Source: Verrucomicrobiaceae bacterium (lineage in GTDB: Bacteria; Verrucomicrobiota; Verrucomicrobiia; Verrucomicrobiales; Verrucomicrobiaceae). From it: a stretch of DNA of 64,000 nucleotides. The stretch is taken from NCBI GenBank assembly GCA_027489965.1, contig JAIXZA010000053.1, forward strand, positions 57,976-121,975, written 5' to 3'. The notes under the pieces are model-generated. The model was given only the letters and a program-made list of their open reading frames with translations. It searched no databases and was not told where the DNA came from. A program made the translations under genes and the position numbers. This document shows positions 16,479-28,400 of this stretch, one piece after another (the stretch's first letter is position 1; every line of letters starts with the position of its first letter).

Positions 16479-19184
16479 ATGATCTTGCGGCATCCAGAGT
16501 GGCTAGCGCTGTTACCCATCCTGCTACTTGCGGGCTGGTTACTACCACGTTTTAATCTTTGGCGGCCCTTACGACTGATCTTACTAGCGCTCATCACCCT
16601 CACCCTGGCTCAGCCACAATGGCGGAGATTGGCGGATGGCATCGATCTCTGGGTTCTCCTAGACAGCTCCATCTCCGCCGAAAAACCCATGGCCAAAGGT
16701 CTGCCCGAGTGGGAAAAGCTGCTGGATCAAAGCAAAGGACGCGACGACCGCATCCATTACCTGAACTACGCCACCGAGGTCATGCGACGCGGGGCAGAAG
16801 GCGCAGAGCTTTATGAAAGAAATCGCCAATCTACCCAAACCGGATTAGCCATCGCGCAGGCGCTGACTTTTGCCCAACGTGAAAGCAAAAACCGCCCAGC
16901 GCGTTTGCTAGTCCTCAGCGATGGCTACTCGACGGAACCCCTCACTGGCATTGCTGAAAAACTGACACGCCAAGGCGTGGAACTGGATTACCGAATCGTG
17001 CGAGATCCAGAGCCAACAGACTATCGCATTTCAGCTCTGAACGTTCCAACCCGATCCCAACTCGGCGAGCCTTTCCTTATCGAGATCCAAGTGCGAGGCA
17101 CACGAGACGGCACCTTTCCACTGATCGTGCTGCGTGATGGCCGTGAGCTCAAAACCACCGACGTGGAAGTTCATCTCGGCAAAGGACTCGTGCGCTTTAC
17201 AGATCGATTGGGAACCGCAGGAGTTACCCATTACAAAGCCATCATCCAACCCAAGGTGGACGCACATCCAGGCAACAACATCCACGAAGCCATGATCGAA
17301 ATCGCAGGTGGTCCGAGGGTTCTTCTTTTGACCTCCTACTTGAATGACCCCGTCGCCCAGACCCTGCAAAGACAGGGCTTCACAGTCGAAACAGTGACCG
17401 ATCTACGAGGTCTGCGTCCGGGTCAGATGGCAGGGGCAAAATGCGTCATTTTAAACAACGTGCCGGCCTTTGAATTACCCGCAGACTTCCTCCGCGCTCT
17501 CGACTTCTATGTCCGTGAGCAGGGTGGCAGTCTGCTGATGGCGGGTGGTAAGAAAAGCTTCGCAGCTGGAGGTTACTTCGAGTCCGCGATTGACCCGCTT
17601 CTGCCAGTCTCCATGGAACTGAAGCAAGAACACCGCAAACTCATGGTCGCCATGGCCATCGTTATGGACCGCAGTGGCTCCATGGGCATGACGGTGAAAA
17701 ATGGGTTCACGAAAATGTCTTTGGCTGATGAGGGCGCTGCCAATGCAATCCGATTCCTTTCCCCACAAGATCTACTGACAGTGTTTGCCGTGGACAGCAG
17801 CGCTCATGAAATGGTGCCGCTCCAGGAGGTAGGTCCGAATCGAGAAAAAATGGAAAGCGCTGTGCGCCGCATCGAAAGCACTGGAGGCGGAATCTTTGTC
17901 TATGAGGGCCTCAAAGCCGCTTGGGATAAGCTCAAAACAGCGCCCGCAGGTCAGCGCCACATCATCCTCTTTTCAGATGCTGCCGATTCAGAAGAACCCG
18001 GCGACTACGTCCGCCTCATCGACGAGATTGTGGCCAACAGCGGCACCATCAGCGTGATCGCTCTGGGCGAACGCAGTGATACGGATGCGTGGCTACTGGA
18101 AGACATCGCGAAGCGTGGTAAGGGCCGTCTCTTTTTTACCGATAAAGCCGAAGAACTGCCCAGCATCTTCAGTCAAGAAACCGTCGCAGTAGCACGCAGC
18201 GCTTTCATCGTTGATCCGGTGAAGACGCAAAGCTCGGGAGGTTGGTTCGAGATCAGCGGTCAGAAGCTGGACTGGTTAGCTGAGGCCGATGGCTACAATC
18301 TCAGCTACCTACGTGATTGGGCCAGTCAGGCAATCCTAACGAATGATGAGTACAAAGCGCCACTTGTTTCCTTTGGCCAGCGCGGCATCGGGCGTACCGC
18401 CGCCATCTGCTTTCCACTCGGCGGTGAGCATTCAGACAAAGTGCGCGCTTGGCCAAAGTATGGGGACTTTCTGCAAACCCTCGTTCGCTGGCTCATGGGC
18501 GAGCAACTGCCACCTGGCATCGGATTAAATCATCGCATCGACGGAGATACCTTAACGCTAAATCTCATGCATGACGCCGAGTGGGAACCCAAGCTACAAG
18601 CCAAGCCCCCACGCATTTTAGTCGCCCACGGCACCCGTGCTGAAAGCAGCGAAGAATTAGCCTGGGAGCGCCTCTCGCCAGGTCATTATCAGGCTAGCGT
18701 CCGCATGAAGGAAGGCGAGATGCTTCGAGGTGCCGTGCAGCTCGGTGGCGCAGCATTGAACTTCGGTCCCACCCTGCTCGGCAGCAGCACAGAATGGGCC
18801 TTTGATGAATCACGCGCCGAAGAACTCCGCCAAGCTTCCAAAAGCAGCGGAGGCCGCGAACTGCTCGACATGAGTCAGGCCTGGCGCAGTCCGCAGACAC
18901 CGCGTTTCACAGACATGCAAAACGGGCTTTTGCTCACCACTCTGATCCTGATGATCCTAGACGCTCTCATCACTCGCACCAGTTGGCAGCTTCCCGTCTG
19001 GGCATTTGCCGGATGGAAACCCAAGTCCACAAGCCCACTGAATAAAGCCGTGATCAAGCACCAAAAGCGCTTGCTTGAGCCAGTGCCAGGAATCCTGCCA
19101 GCTCCCTCAATTGCCTCAACTCCTGCTGTAGATTTACTGCCCGAAGACCGGCAAAGGAGGTTTGATCGAGCCAAAAGGAGATGA
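16479..19184 (+). CDS. Membrane protein with two vWA domains and a glutamine-amidotransferase-like domain
   Basis: N-terminal TM, LLDSSISA, MDRSGSMG (MIDAS), GGSLLMAGGKKSF..GGY..S.ID.LLPV, ILFSDAAD, and a C-terminal TM. Confidence 0.85.
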   Translation: MILRHPEWLALLPILLLAGWLLPRFNLWRPLRLILLALITLTLAQPQWRRLADGIDLWVLLDSSISAEKPMAKGLPEWEKLLDQSKGRDDRIHYLNYATEVMRRGAEGAELYERNRQSTQTGLAIAQALTFAQRESKNRPARLLVLSDGYSTEPLTGIAEKLTRQGVELDYRIVRDPEPTDYRISALNVPTRSQLGEPFLIEIQVRGTRDGTFPLIVLRDGRELKTTDVEVHLGKGLVRFTDRLGTAGVTHYKAIIQPKVDAHPGNNIHEAMIEIAGGPRVLLLTSYLNDPVAQTLQRQGFTVETVTDLRGLRPGQMAGAKCVILNNVPAFELPADFLRALDFYVREQGGSLLMAGGKKSFAAGGYFESAIDPLLPVSMELKQEHRKLMVAMAIVMDRSGSMGMTVKNGFTKMSLADEGAANAIRFLSPQDLLTVFAVDSSAHEMVPLQEVGPNREKMESAVRRIESTGGGIFVYEGLKAAWDKLKTAPAGQRHIILFSDAADSEEPGDYVRLIDEIVANSGTISVIALGERSDTDAWLLEDIAKRGKGRLFFTDKAEELPSIFSQETVAVARSAFIVDPVKTQSSGGWFEISGQKLDWLAEADGYNLSYLRDWASQAILTNDEYKAPLVSFGQRGIGRTAAICFPLGGEHSDKVRAWPKYGDFLQTLVRWLMGEQLPPGIGLNHRIDGDTLTLNLMHDAEWEPKLQAKPPRILVAHGTRAESSEELAWERLSPGHYQASVRMKEGEMLRGAVQLGGAALNFGPTLLGSSTEWAFDESRAEELRQASKSSGGRELLDMSQAWRSPQTPRFTDMQNGLLLTTLILMILDALITRTSWQLPVWAFAGWKPKSTSPLNKAVIKHQKRLLEPVPGILPAPSIASTPAVDLLPEDRQRRFDRAKRR

Positions 19185-19226
19185 TTTCAATTTGCAGGAA
19201 TAGGGTAATAAGTTATAATTACCATA

Positions 19227-20696
19227 ATGCGTTCTTTGCTGCCACTCATGTTGAGTTTCCTAGCGACTGCACTTGGCACCACATCCGTGCTAGGGCAGAA
19301 GAACCTGCGTTCAGCAGATCATCAGACTCAAGAAACCCAGCGCGAATCCCTTTCCGTCGATCAACGGCAGGAGCATGACGACCACCAAGCTGCGGCCCGC
19401 TATTGGTATGAAAGCCGCAATCCAAAGAATCTACCCGCCATGGATGAAGCTCTGGCAAAAGTCATGCCGATTGCGTTGCGTCAGTCTGATTGGGTAACCG
19501 AGCCGCCCACTTGGGAAAAAGCCCATCATACTCAGGCCTACCATGATGCTGGGGCAATCCTTTTGGCCAAGTGCTACACCCTTCTTTATTATGGTGATGT
19601 CAAGGAAGCCCAGGAGAGCCTACGGCTAGTGCACGAAAAGTTTCCACATTCGCTTCTGCTGTACCCCAGCAGGATGGTCGTCCTTGTCCGCAAAAACATC
19701 CGCTACCACCTTCATGCCTGCATGCTTTATCATGCCATCTCGACACGCAAGATGGATCAGTTTGAATTCCCTCCAGAACTCGATGAATACGACGGCTGGG
19801 CGCAGCCACGAGCCGCTGAGGACATGGCCATGCTCAGACTAAGAGAGGGTGATTTTGAATCGCTCGACCACTTGGCCGCGCAGGCCCGAAAAAGACAATT
19901 AAAGACCGTCAGCGGACAATGGGTCTCAGACTATGTGTACAGCGGCATGCATCCGCCCGAAAACGAACGCTGGGCAGCCACCGCCTGGGATGAAATGGGT
20001 GAACGCATCCAACAATGGCGGAAAAAAAAACCCGACTCAGCCGATGCACGCATCGGCGAGCTCATCTACACCCTTTACCGTATGAGAGGCATGGTGGACG
20101 AACCTGAAAAACTCAAACTAGCCAAATTCAGCGTGGAACAGATGATCCAGGAGATCGGCCCAATCTGTCCACAAGTCTCTTTCATCAAGCTTCTCGTAAA
20201 CATTTATGATGAGAAGAGCTTTAAATCAACGGCCAACATTTTTCATGAAGCCAACAAAAGATATCCAGATTACCCCAACCTCTCCTTCTTCATGCTCGTG
20301 CGACTTGCCGATGAAAAAGATGGGCTAGTCCTCTGCGGAGCCACGCTAAATTTCATCGGTGAATCCAAGCACAACGAGCAGTTGGCCTTGAGTCTGTTGC
20401 CTGTCTCCACTTCATTTAAAGCGATCAAAGACATCACGCAAAATGTCAAAATAGCCAACCTCAGAAACAGCATTTACCGTGCCTTAGAAATGTACCCGCA
20501 CAGTCTATCTCTGCGCAATCGACTAGGCATGATAGCCCTCTATGCAGGGCAGGATGATGTAGCCATGGACATCATGTCCAAAGTAGGCCGCAAATGGGAT
20601 AAAGAACTCTGGAAAAACCAAGAATCCGAAGCCATCCGCCTCACTGAGAAACGCCATGTCTCCAAGGCTCCGGCGGTCAAAATGACCAGAATTTAA
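19227..20696 (+). CDS. Secreted DUF4034-like/TPR-like protein
   Basis: Signal peptide. LREGDFESLDHLAAQAR..SGQW and WRKKKPDS resemble DUF4034. C-terminal NRLGMIALYAG..A..IM.KVG..WDKELW. Confidence 0.6.
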   Translation: MRSLLPLMLSFLATALGTTSVLGQKNLRSADHQTQETQRESLSVDQRQEHDDHQAAARYWYESRNPKNLPAMDEALAKVMPIALRQSDWVTEPPTWEKAHHTQAYHDAGAILLAKCYTLLYYGDVKEAQESLRLVHEKFPHSLLLYPSRMVVLVRKNIRYHLHACMLYHAISTRKMDQFEFPPELDEYDGWAQPRAAEDMAMLRLREGDFESLDHLAAQARKRQLKTVSGQWVSDYVYSGMHPPENERWAATAWDEMGERIQQWRKKKPDSADARIGELIYTLYRMRGMVDEPEKLKLAKFSVEQMIQEIGPICPQVSFIKLLVNIYDEKSFKSTANIFHEANKRYPDYPNLSFFMLVRLADEKDGLVLCGATLNFIGESKHNEQLALSLLPVSTSFKAIKDITQNVKIANLRNSIYRALEMYPHSLSLRNRLGMIALYAGQDDVAMDIMSKVGRKWDKELWKNQESEAIRLTEKRHVSKAPAVKMTRI

Positions 20697-21838
20697 GCAG
20701 CGCCACCCGCACCAATCGTGATGCGTTTCTGGGGAATGGGAGACTCAATGATGCCTTCGGCGGTTTCTTGCTTCAAGCGGAGCTGACCGCAGGCAGCGGC
20801 GATGTCGTGGCCTTTTTCACGGCGCAGTGTCGCAGTGACACCAGCAGCGACGAGGACATCACGGAAGGCGTCTTGCTGGGCTTCGCTTGGGCGAGTCCAG
20901 GGCAGGCCATCGACGGTGTTGTATGGGATCAGATTGACTTTAGCATGGACAGCTCGGGCGCGCTTGGCCAGCATCCGAGCCTGATCCAGCATGTCGTTGA
21001 CGCCTTCGATGAGGATGTATTCCAAAGTGATGTGTTGCTTACTCTTGGAGCGCCAATATTGCAGAGCGTCGAAAAGCTCGGCCAAGTTGTGCTTTTCATT
21101 CACCGGCATGATCTTACTCCGCACCTCATCACTGGCTCCGTGTAGTGAGATGGCGAGACGAATTTGCAGCGGGAAATCGGCCAGCTTCATGATCTGTGGC
21201 GCTAAGCCACTGGTGCTGACGGTCATGTGCCGTGCACCAATGCCAATGCCCCATTCAGCATTGAGGATCTCAATGGCTTTAATGAGGTTCGAGTAATTTG
21301 CCAAAGGCTCGCCCATGCCCATGAAGACGAGGTTATCGACACGCTCACCAGCATGGGCTTCGACCTGGACGATCTGCTCCACGATCTCAGCGGCGGTGAG
21401 GTTACGAGTGAATCCCGCTAGGCCACTGGCACAAAATTTACAGTCATAGGCGCAGCCGACTTGGCTGGAAACGCAGAGCGTGCGGCGATCTGATTTGCCG
21501 CCATACAGCGCGGGATTGGCAGGGATGAGGACGGTCTCCACGTAGCGCCCATCGTGCAGTTTAAGCAGATATTTCCGTGTCGTATCCGCAGAACCGGTGA
21601 CATCGACAATGACCATGCTGCGGGCGACGTAGCGCTCCGTCAGGGCCTGGCGCATCGGCTTGGACAAGCTGGACATGGCCTCGATCGTGGTGGCACGCTT
21701 GGCATAGGTCCACTCGATGAGTTGCTTGGCGCGGAAGCCAGGCTCACCGAGCTGCGTGACGACCTCTGTGAGTTCTTGTGGCGTAGTGCCGAGTAGAGCA
21801 GTCAGAGGTTTAGCTGGAGTCGTGACCGGCGCTGTCAT
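20693..21838 (-). CDS. rlmN: 23S rRNA (A2503-C2) / tRNA methyltransferase RlmN (radical SAM)
   Basis: CVSSQVGCAYDCKFC, VFMGMGEPLAN, LAISLHGA, VNLIPYN, GHDIAAACGQL. Confidence 0.97.
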   Translation of the reverse strand: MTAPVTTPAKPLTALLGTTPQELTEVVTQLGEPGFRAKQLIEWTYAKRATTIEAMSSLSKPMRQALTERYVARSMVIVDVTGSADTTRKYLLKLHDGRYVETVLIPANPALYGGKSDRRTLCVSSQVGCAYDCKFCASGLAGFTRNLTAAEIVEQIVQVEAHAGERVDNLVFMGMGEPLANYSNLIKAIEILNAEWGIGIGARHMTVSTSGLAPQIMKLADFPLQIRLAISLHGASDEVRSKIMPVNEKHNLAELFDALQYWRSKSKQHITLEYILIEGVNDMLDQARMLAKRARAVHAKVNLIPYNTVDGLPWTRPSEAQQDAFRDVLVAAGVTATLRREKGHDIAAACGQLRLKQETAEGIIESPIPQKRITIGAGGAA

Positions 21839-22221
21839 TTCGGTGCATGAAAGGACTTCACGACCTCTTTGACATGCGGCACATTTTTAGCATCGCGCTC
21901 AAAGATGATCTTCCGCTCATGATAGGCTTTGGCGCTACCTTGAGGCAGTGAATAGAGCCACTCGGCATCATTGTTCCGGCGCTCAAAAGGTACGCCGAGA
22001 TAATCAAAGACCTGCTTCCCATCCATCCCTGGGCGGATACGTGCGAAATGATCCGCACTGTATTTCATGGAATAACGAGTGCTGGACTTGAGGAAGTGGC
22101 TCACTGCCTCGACCGCCTCATTTACCGGATAACCGTAAGCGAGGATATAAAATCCCAGCAGGAATGCGGGGAGGCCAACAATGGCAAGCGGTGTGAAAAG
22201 GTACCAGTTCTTTTTGAGCAT
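21835..22221 (-). CDS. Membrane-anchored protein with SmpA/OmlA(BamE)-like domain
   Basis: N-terminal TM, then FARIRPGMDGKQVFDYLGVP..WLYS. ATG at 22221 preferred (ORF track 22281). ATGA-type overlap with rlmN. Confidence 0.6.
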   Translation of the reverse strand: MLKKNWYLFTPLAIVGLPAFLLGFYILAYGYPVNEAVEAVSHFLKSSTRYSMKYSADHFARIRPGMDGKQVFDYLGVPFERRNNDAEWLYSLPQGSAKAYHERKIIFERDAKNVPHVKEVVKSFHAPK

Positions 22222-22426
22222 AAGGATGAGAAGGGGGGGAGATCTGATCCTCGGCAGACTGGGGACTCTGGCAAGGATCAAATGTGACCAACTCTGTGAG
22301 CCACCAAAAGCACTTCTCAGTGCGATTCCGAAAATACATTGTCAGGAAATGCCCAAAACAATCAAAGAGTGCATGCTGCACTGATTGTCCAGCCGCTGAC
22401 ATGCCTTTTCTAACCTGCCAACAATC

Positions 22427-25400
22427 ATGAAGCTCTTCAAAATCACTCGCTGCCGCCTACTCTTGGCTATGCTGATCTGCCTGGGGGCGGGGTCAAGCTC
22501 TGGGCAGACGGCGATCACTCTGGAAGCAAACCAGAAGATGCTCTCATCAGGTATGCGCATTGAGTTCGGCAGCATCGATATTGGTGGGTATAAGACGCAG
22601 AATTTCACTGTCACGAACGCTAGCCTCTCCCCGGTCACAGGGCTGACCTGCACGCTGGATGGCGCGAATGCAGCGGACTTTGTGCTGAGCACACCGACAC
22701 TGGCAGATCTTGCCGTGGGAGCGGCGGTCAGCTTCTCGGTGACTTATGTGCCGGAGCTAGAGGGCAAAACCTCAGTCGCTGCGCTGCATGTGCGCAGTTC
22801 TGGAGGCAGCTCCTATGAGCTGCCACTGACGGCCACGGGCGGCAATCTGAACCCGACTGTGCTGGTGGAGGAGGTCGGCGGAGCTGTGGTGACCAGCCTC
22901 AGCCGACCTCTGGATTTCGGCAGCCCGATGATCGGCCAAAGTACCAGCAAGACTTTCCGCATCACCAACACCGGCACAGCTCCGCTGCGGGAGGTGAGTG
23001 TGGCGCGGGATGATCCTTGGAACTACAGGAACTTCTGGTCTATTGGCATTTATCCCACTTACACTTACCAATACGAGAGTGGCTTCACCGTCACTGGCGA
23101 CATCACCAGCGTCATCCCCCCTGGCGAAAGCCGTAGCATCACCGTCACGTGGAAGCCCTATGAAACGGTGCAGAAGACTCGCAACATCACACTTTCCTGG
23201 GCCATACGCTACCCACCGCCGCCACCGACAACCTATGATTTAACAAGTGACCCAAACCTTCTTTTCGCAGGTCAGGCCACCAGCATCATTATCGAAGGCA
23301 TTTACCTCAGCCCACGCCCCTACATCCCGCCTGTCCGCTTCAGCATCCCTGTTACCGGAGCTGCTGTGCCGTATGTTGTGACTCCCACACCGCTGAGTGG
23401 TCTGCAGTATCATCTGGGCAATGAAAACTCCACTGGCCAACTCCTCCCTAACCAAGCAGGCGCGCCCCCAGCTGATCCCAGGCTAGGCCCTGTGACTTCT
23501 TCTGTTCCTGACGGCGCAGGCCTGCTCACCGACACGCTGATACGCTGGAAACCAGCCGCCGCACCTTACAACAGCCTCACCTACTACAATAGCAACGTTG
23601 ATTGGCGCAACTACGCGCAGATGCAGCTCAGGCTAATCCCGATCACCGTGCCGGACATTGAAGCCACCCAAAAGCTAGGAGTGACTGTCGTTAAAAGTCC
23701 CAGGTCCGTCTTCGTCACGGGCACAGGCAGTGCAGCGGAGGCGCTGGGTAGCCGTATGGCGGTTGCCTTTACCGGTGGCACTCGGCTCAGTCATTCGGAT
23801 ATGCAGCTGCCTGCTGGAGACAATGTAGGCATGGAGCTATGGTTCAAGCCTGCAAGCCTCTCGGGCACTCAGTGCGTAGCCTTCATGGGAGCAACAGCGG
23901 ACGCTGGCTTTGGCCTATGGCTGACTGATGGCGTGCTGCAAGGCCGTGCTGGCAGCCTCTCCATCCTAGCTAGCACACCGGCGCTGGCGGTGGAGGAGTG
24001 GCATCACGTCGCCTTGATCGTGCAAAGTGGTAGCGCCAAACTCTACGTCGATGGTGAATTCGCAGGCAGTGCCGCGAGCGTGACCTTACCAGAAACTGTA
24101 AAGGGGCTCTCCATCGGTGCGATGCACGATGGCAGCAGCGGCTACGAAGGGCAGGTCGATGAGCTGCGTTTGTTTGAAATTCCCGCCAATGACTTCGATG
24201 TTACCCGCCACCTGCTCGCCAATGCGCGGCCATCGGCTTCACTAGATCAGACGGCACTCGACTATGGCCAAGTGCTGCCGGCGGCCATTTCGCGCCGCAG
24301 CGCTATCTTGGCAAATATTGGCCCAGGCTGGCTACGGGTGCTTTCCATGGAACTCATGGGCGATGGTGCTAGCGATTACAGCGTGTCAGCGCTGGGGCCA
24401 TACAACAGCTCCATACCCATCCAGCCGAATGCCACACCAGCTCCAGTTTATCCTACGTATAACTGGGGATTGACGACTGTGGGTAGTCTGTTTTTTCTCG
24501 ATGGCAACAGCGTGCCCGCCAACGAAGGCGTCGGCACGAAGATCGCTTACCGAGTGGCTGTCGCACCGCAGACAAAGCTGGAGGCGGTCGTCACCCACAC
24601 GGCGGGCGCGCTAGGGACACGCCCAGCTACGCTGCGGATCACCACGAACGACCCAGCGCATCCTGTTTATGAGATCGCGCTGAATGCGACCGTGGCGGCT
24701 CCCGTGCCCCAGTCGAAGATCGAAGTCAGTTCTGATGATGCTTGGGATTGGGGCAGCCTACTAACGAATGGTCAGAGCAATCGCACCTACACCGTACGCA
24801 CGGTGGGTTCTTTACCAATGGCTAGTTTCGGCGTGGAAATCATTGGCCCAAACGCAGAAGACATCACGCTCGACACGCAAAACAACCCGATAAACAACGG
24901 GCGAGTGAGCTTTTCCGACAACGGCTCGGCCTCTATCAGAATCGATGTCCGCCCTCGTTCTAGCGGTGCGCGCTACGCGGTGCTGCGAATCACCAGTGCC
25001 GACCCTGTGCGGCCAGAAATCATCATCCCGCTCTATGGCCGTGGCGTGCAGGCCGTGCCAGAGATCGCAGTAACGGTACATGACAGCGGCGACACCCGTA
25101 GGACTTCAGTAGCAGATGGCGGCAGCGCTGTGTTTAAAGCTACGCTCTCAGGCGGGCATCACTCCTTGATGAACTGCATCGTGCATAGTATCGGCACGGG
25201 GACGCTAGAAGGTGTCAGCGCCAACATCGACGGGGCAGACGCTGCCGATTTCGCCATCGTGGGCGAGCTGCCGGCCACTCTGCCGAGTCCTCACTACTCA
25301 TATTATCATCACAACGCTGGGATCAATCTGCGCTTTACTCCTAGCCGAGTTGGCAGCCATCGTGCGGTCTTGCACATCCTCAGCAACGACGCCGACGAGA

Positions 25401-28400
25401 GCCCCTATGACATCACGCTCACAGGTGAAGGACTAGCACCCGCCCCGATCATGCAGGTGATCGACCGAGACACAGTCATCGAGTCCGGCACAGGCTTCAC
25501 CCGCATGGGAAATGCCGTCATCGGCGCGGCATCTGTCACCCAGACACTGCGTCTGCGAAATGCCGGCACTGCACCGCTGACGGGCTTCACGGCCAGCTTT
25601 AGCGGACCGAACGCCAGCGAATTCAGCGCCACGCTGCCCAGCCATATCGCCGCAGGAACGGCGGGAGATGTCATCATCGCTTTTACCCCGGAGGACATCG
25701 GCCCGCGCAGTGCTGTGCTGACGCTGACTAGCAATGCCCCAAACAACCGCACCTACCGCATGAGCCTGGGTGGCACAGGAGCTTATGGGGTGAGGTCAAA
25801 TCTCGCGCCACCGGCCATCCCAGGCTGGGTCGGCACGACGATGGCTGAGCTGCCAGATGGCAGCATCGTCATGGCTGGCTACGTGGCAGCTGGCGCAGGT
25901 GAGACAGCACCAGCAGTGCCGACGAGCAGGCTGCGCATTATTGGCAAGGATGGCAGCGAGCGAAAGCGGGCACGGCTCCAACACGTGACGATTTCAGGCA
26001 TCGTCAAAAGTATTTGCGTTCGGGCTGATGGCAGCCTGCTGCTGGCAGGCGATTTTACACGACTCTGGGGTTCCCTAAGGCCTTCAAATGTTACGACTGG
26101 TTGGATGCCACCTCCAGGTTACGATACGAGACCCTTCATTGACTGCCAAGGAGTGGCTTTGATACTCTCAGATACTGCATGGATGCCCGCTCAAATAAGT
26201 GACGTTCTTTTAACAATGAGCTCAGACGGTCAAGGCCAAGCCTACCCCTTGGCATGGAGCACCAGCTTCGCTCCACCCACGGGAACCTTCAGCGGCCGCT
26301 CTGTGGTTGCTTTACCTGATGGCAAAGTGCTCGTCGGCGGCAGTGGTAGCCTGGGTGGCAGGGCCAACCTCTTACGCCTCAATGCCAATGGCACGATCGA
26401 TCCCACCTTCACTCTGCCCGAGCCGAATGGCCCCGTGAATGCGCTGGCCATGCAGGATGATGGCAAAGTGATTGTCGGGGGAGAGTTCACCAATCTTGGT
26501 CATGACAAACTCCCCAACGAAACGACAGCCAGCACGACCATTCCTTCCACCACAACCCCACGCAGTGGTTTATGCCGGCTCAATGCCGATGGCAGCGATG
26601 ATGCCACCTTTGCCAATCGCGGATTTCGCCAAGTCATGTCCCTCGCTGTGCGTGGGGATAGCATCGCTGTCGGTGGAAAGGGACCGCAATATACAGCCAT
26701 GATCGCCGGCCCTACGACTAACTTCATCACGCCCCCACCTAACTATGTCGAGATCGATCAAGCCGTGGCGAGACTACTTGGTCGTAATGGTGCGATCCTA
26801 GCGACTCAAACCGTTATAGAACCCCCGCAAGCTGTGGCCCTGCAGCCAGGCAATCGAATGCTCTTCTCCTCACGCTTCCTGAGCTTCAACGACACCATCA
26901 CGTATCCTGATATCGCCATGCTCCAGCCAGACTCAGCGCCGAAGGAATGGTTTGGCATCAAAATCACTGCTGACGTGATGCCTACCAGCAGCGTGGAGCC
27001 CTTTCTGATCAAATACCAGCAACTTCTCGGCGCGAGCGGAGTGCCTCTCGCGATCAACGCCCTGATTGCACAAGCCGATGGCAAAGTGCTCACGGCGGGT
27101 AATTTCACCAGGGCCAAAGTAGGACTCGATCGGCGTGGGTACCGTTCTGAGGGTGATCAGCGCCTGCCCCAGCCCACTCCCTTGCTGCCAGTGCTGGACA
27201 ATTCCCCACTGCCAGCCGAGAAGCAACTGGCAGGCTTTGCGCAGCTGGATGTCGATGGGTTTTATCATGCGAGTCCTGAGGTTTATGCAGGTAGTGGTAT
27301 TCATTGGGTAGGTGCCCCCTATGAAACGGACGAGACTACAATGTCCGATGGTCTGCGACGCCTCGACTTAGGCACCTTTCATGGGAACTTGGGAGCCATT
27401 GATCAATGGCTGATTGTTCCAACCTCAAGCGCCGCCAATCCCGATGCGATTACAATCGATGGAGATGATGCTGCCGACTTTGGCTTCATACCTGCGAGTG
27501 AAGGTTCCAATCATCTGTGGCTACATTTCACCCCCAGCCATTCAGGCAAACACCAGGCAAGGCTTCACGTCCGTGAGGATGGTCTCGTCAACAGTTTCGA
27601 CATTGCCCTTGAAGCTACAGCGACCGGCCGTTTGCCCGATCAAGTGAGGCTCGCGGATACGACGGGCCGAGTGTACCAGAGCACCGAGACGCGGGACCTC
27701 GGTAGCGTTAAACTCGGCAGCTCGACCACGCTAGATTTGCGGCTCTTCAATGATGGGTTAGTCGAAAACAGCACGCCTTTTGAGCTTAGTCTTTCAGGCA
27801 TTAAGGCCAGTGACTTCAAGGTATCTCCAACAGCGATTACCAGCATCCCAGGCTCCTCGCGCAATGGTACTGGCAGTGTGCCGATCACTGTCACTTTCAC
27901 TCCCAATGACTCAGGCCCAAGCACAGCGGTACTGAATCTCGTCACGATTTCGCGTGGCCGAAATGGCGACACACGAAGCATTCCCTTCACCCTCACGCTG
28001 ACAGGCGCTGGTGTCGTAGAGTCGCCTTTCTTTATCTCACATCCGCAGGATGTAATCGTGATGAAGGGCACGCCATTCAACCTGAGCTTTGAAGCCATTC
28101 ATAATTATAGAGGCTTTGAATTTGAATGGCGTCAGCAACGAGGCAGTAGGGATGTGATCATACGTCAACAAATCAGCGTCACTCGTGGCACCGCAGGCAA
28201 TGCCATCCACAAAACCAGCGACACCCTCGCCGTGGCCAAAGCCGACGCGACCTCCGCAGGCTACTATCATGTGGTGATCCGAAATGAAGACGGCACGGCT
28301 AACTCCCGCCGCGCTAGAGTCGGCGTCGTCGAGGTGGTGAACCGTGAATTCACCACAACGATTGGCGGAGACGCCGCTTTCGGCGTCTCCGTGAGCGGTC

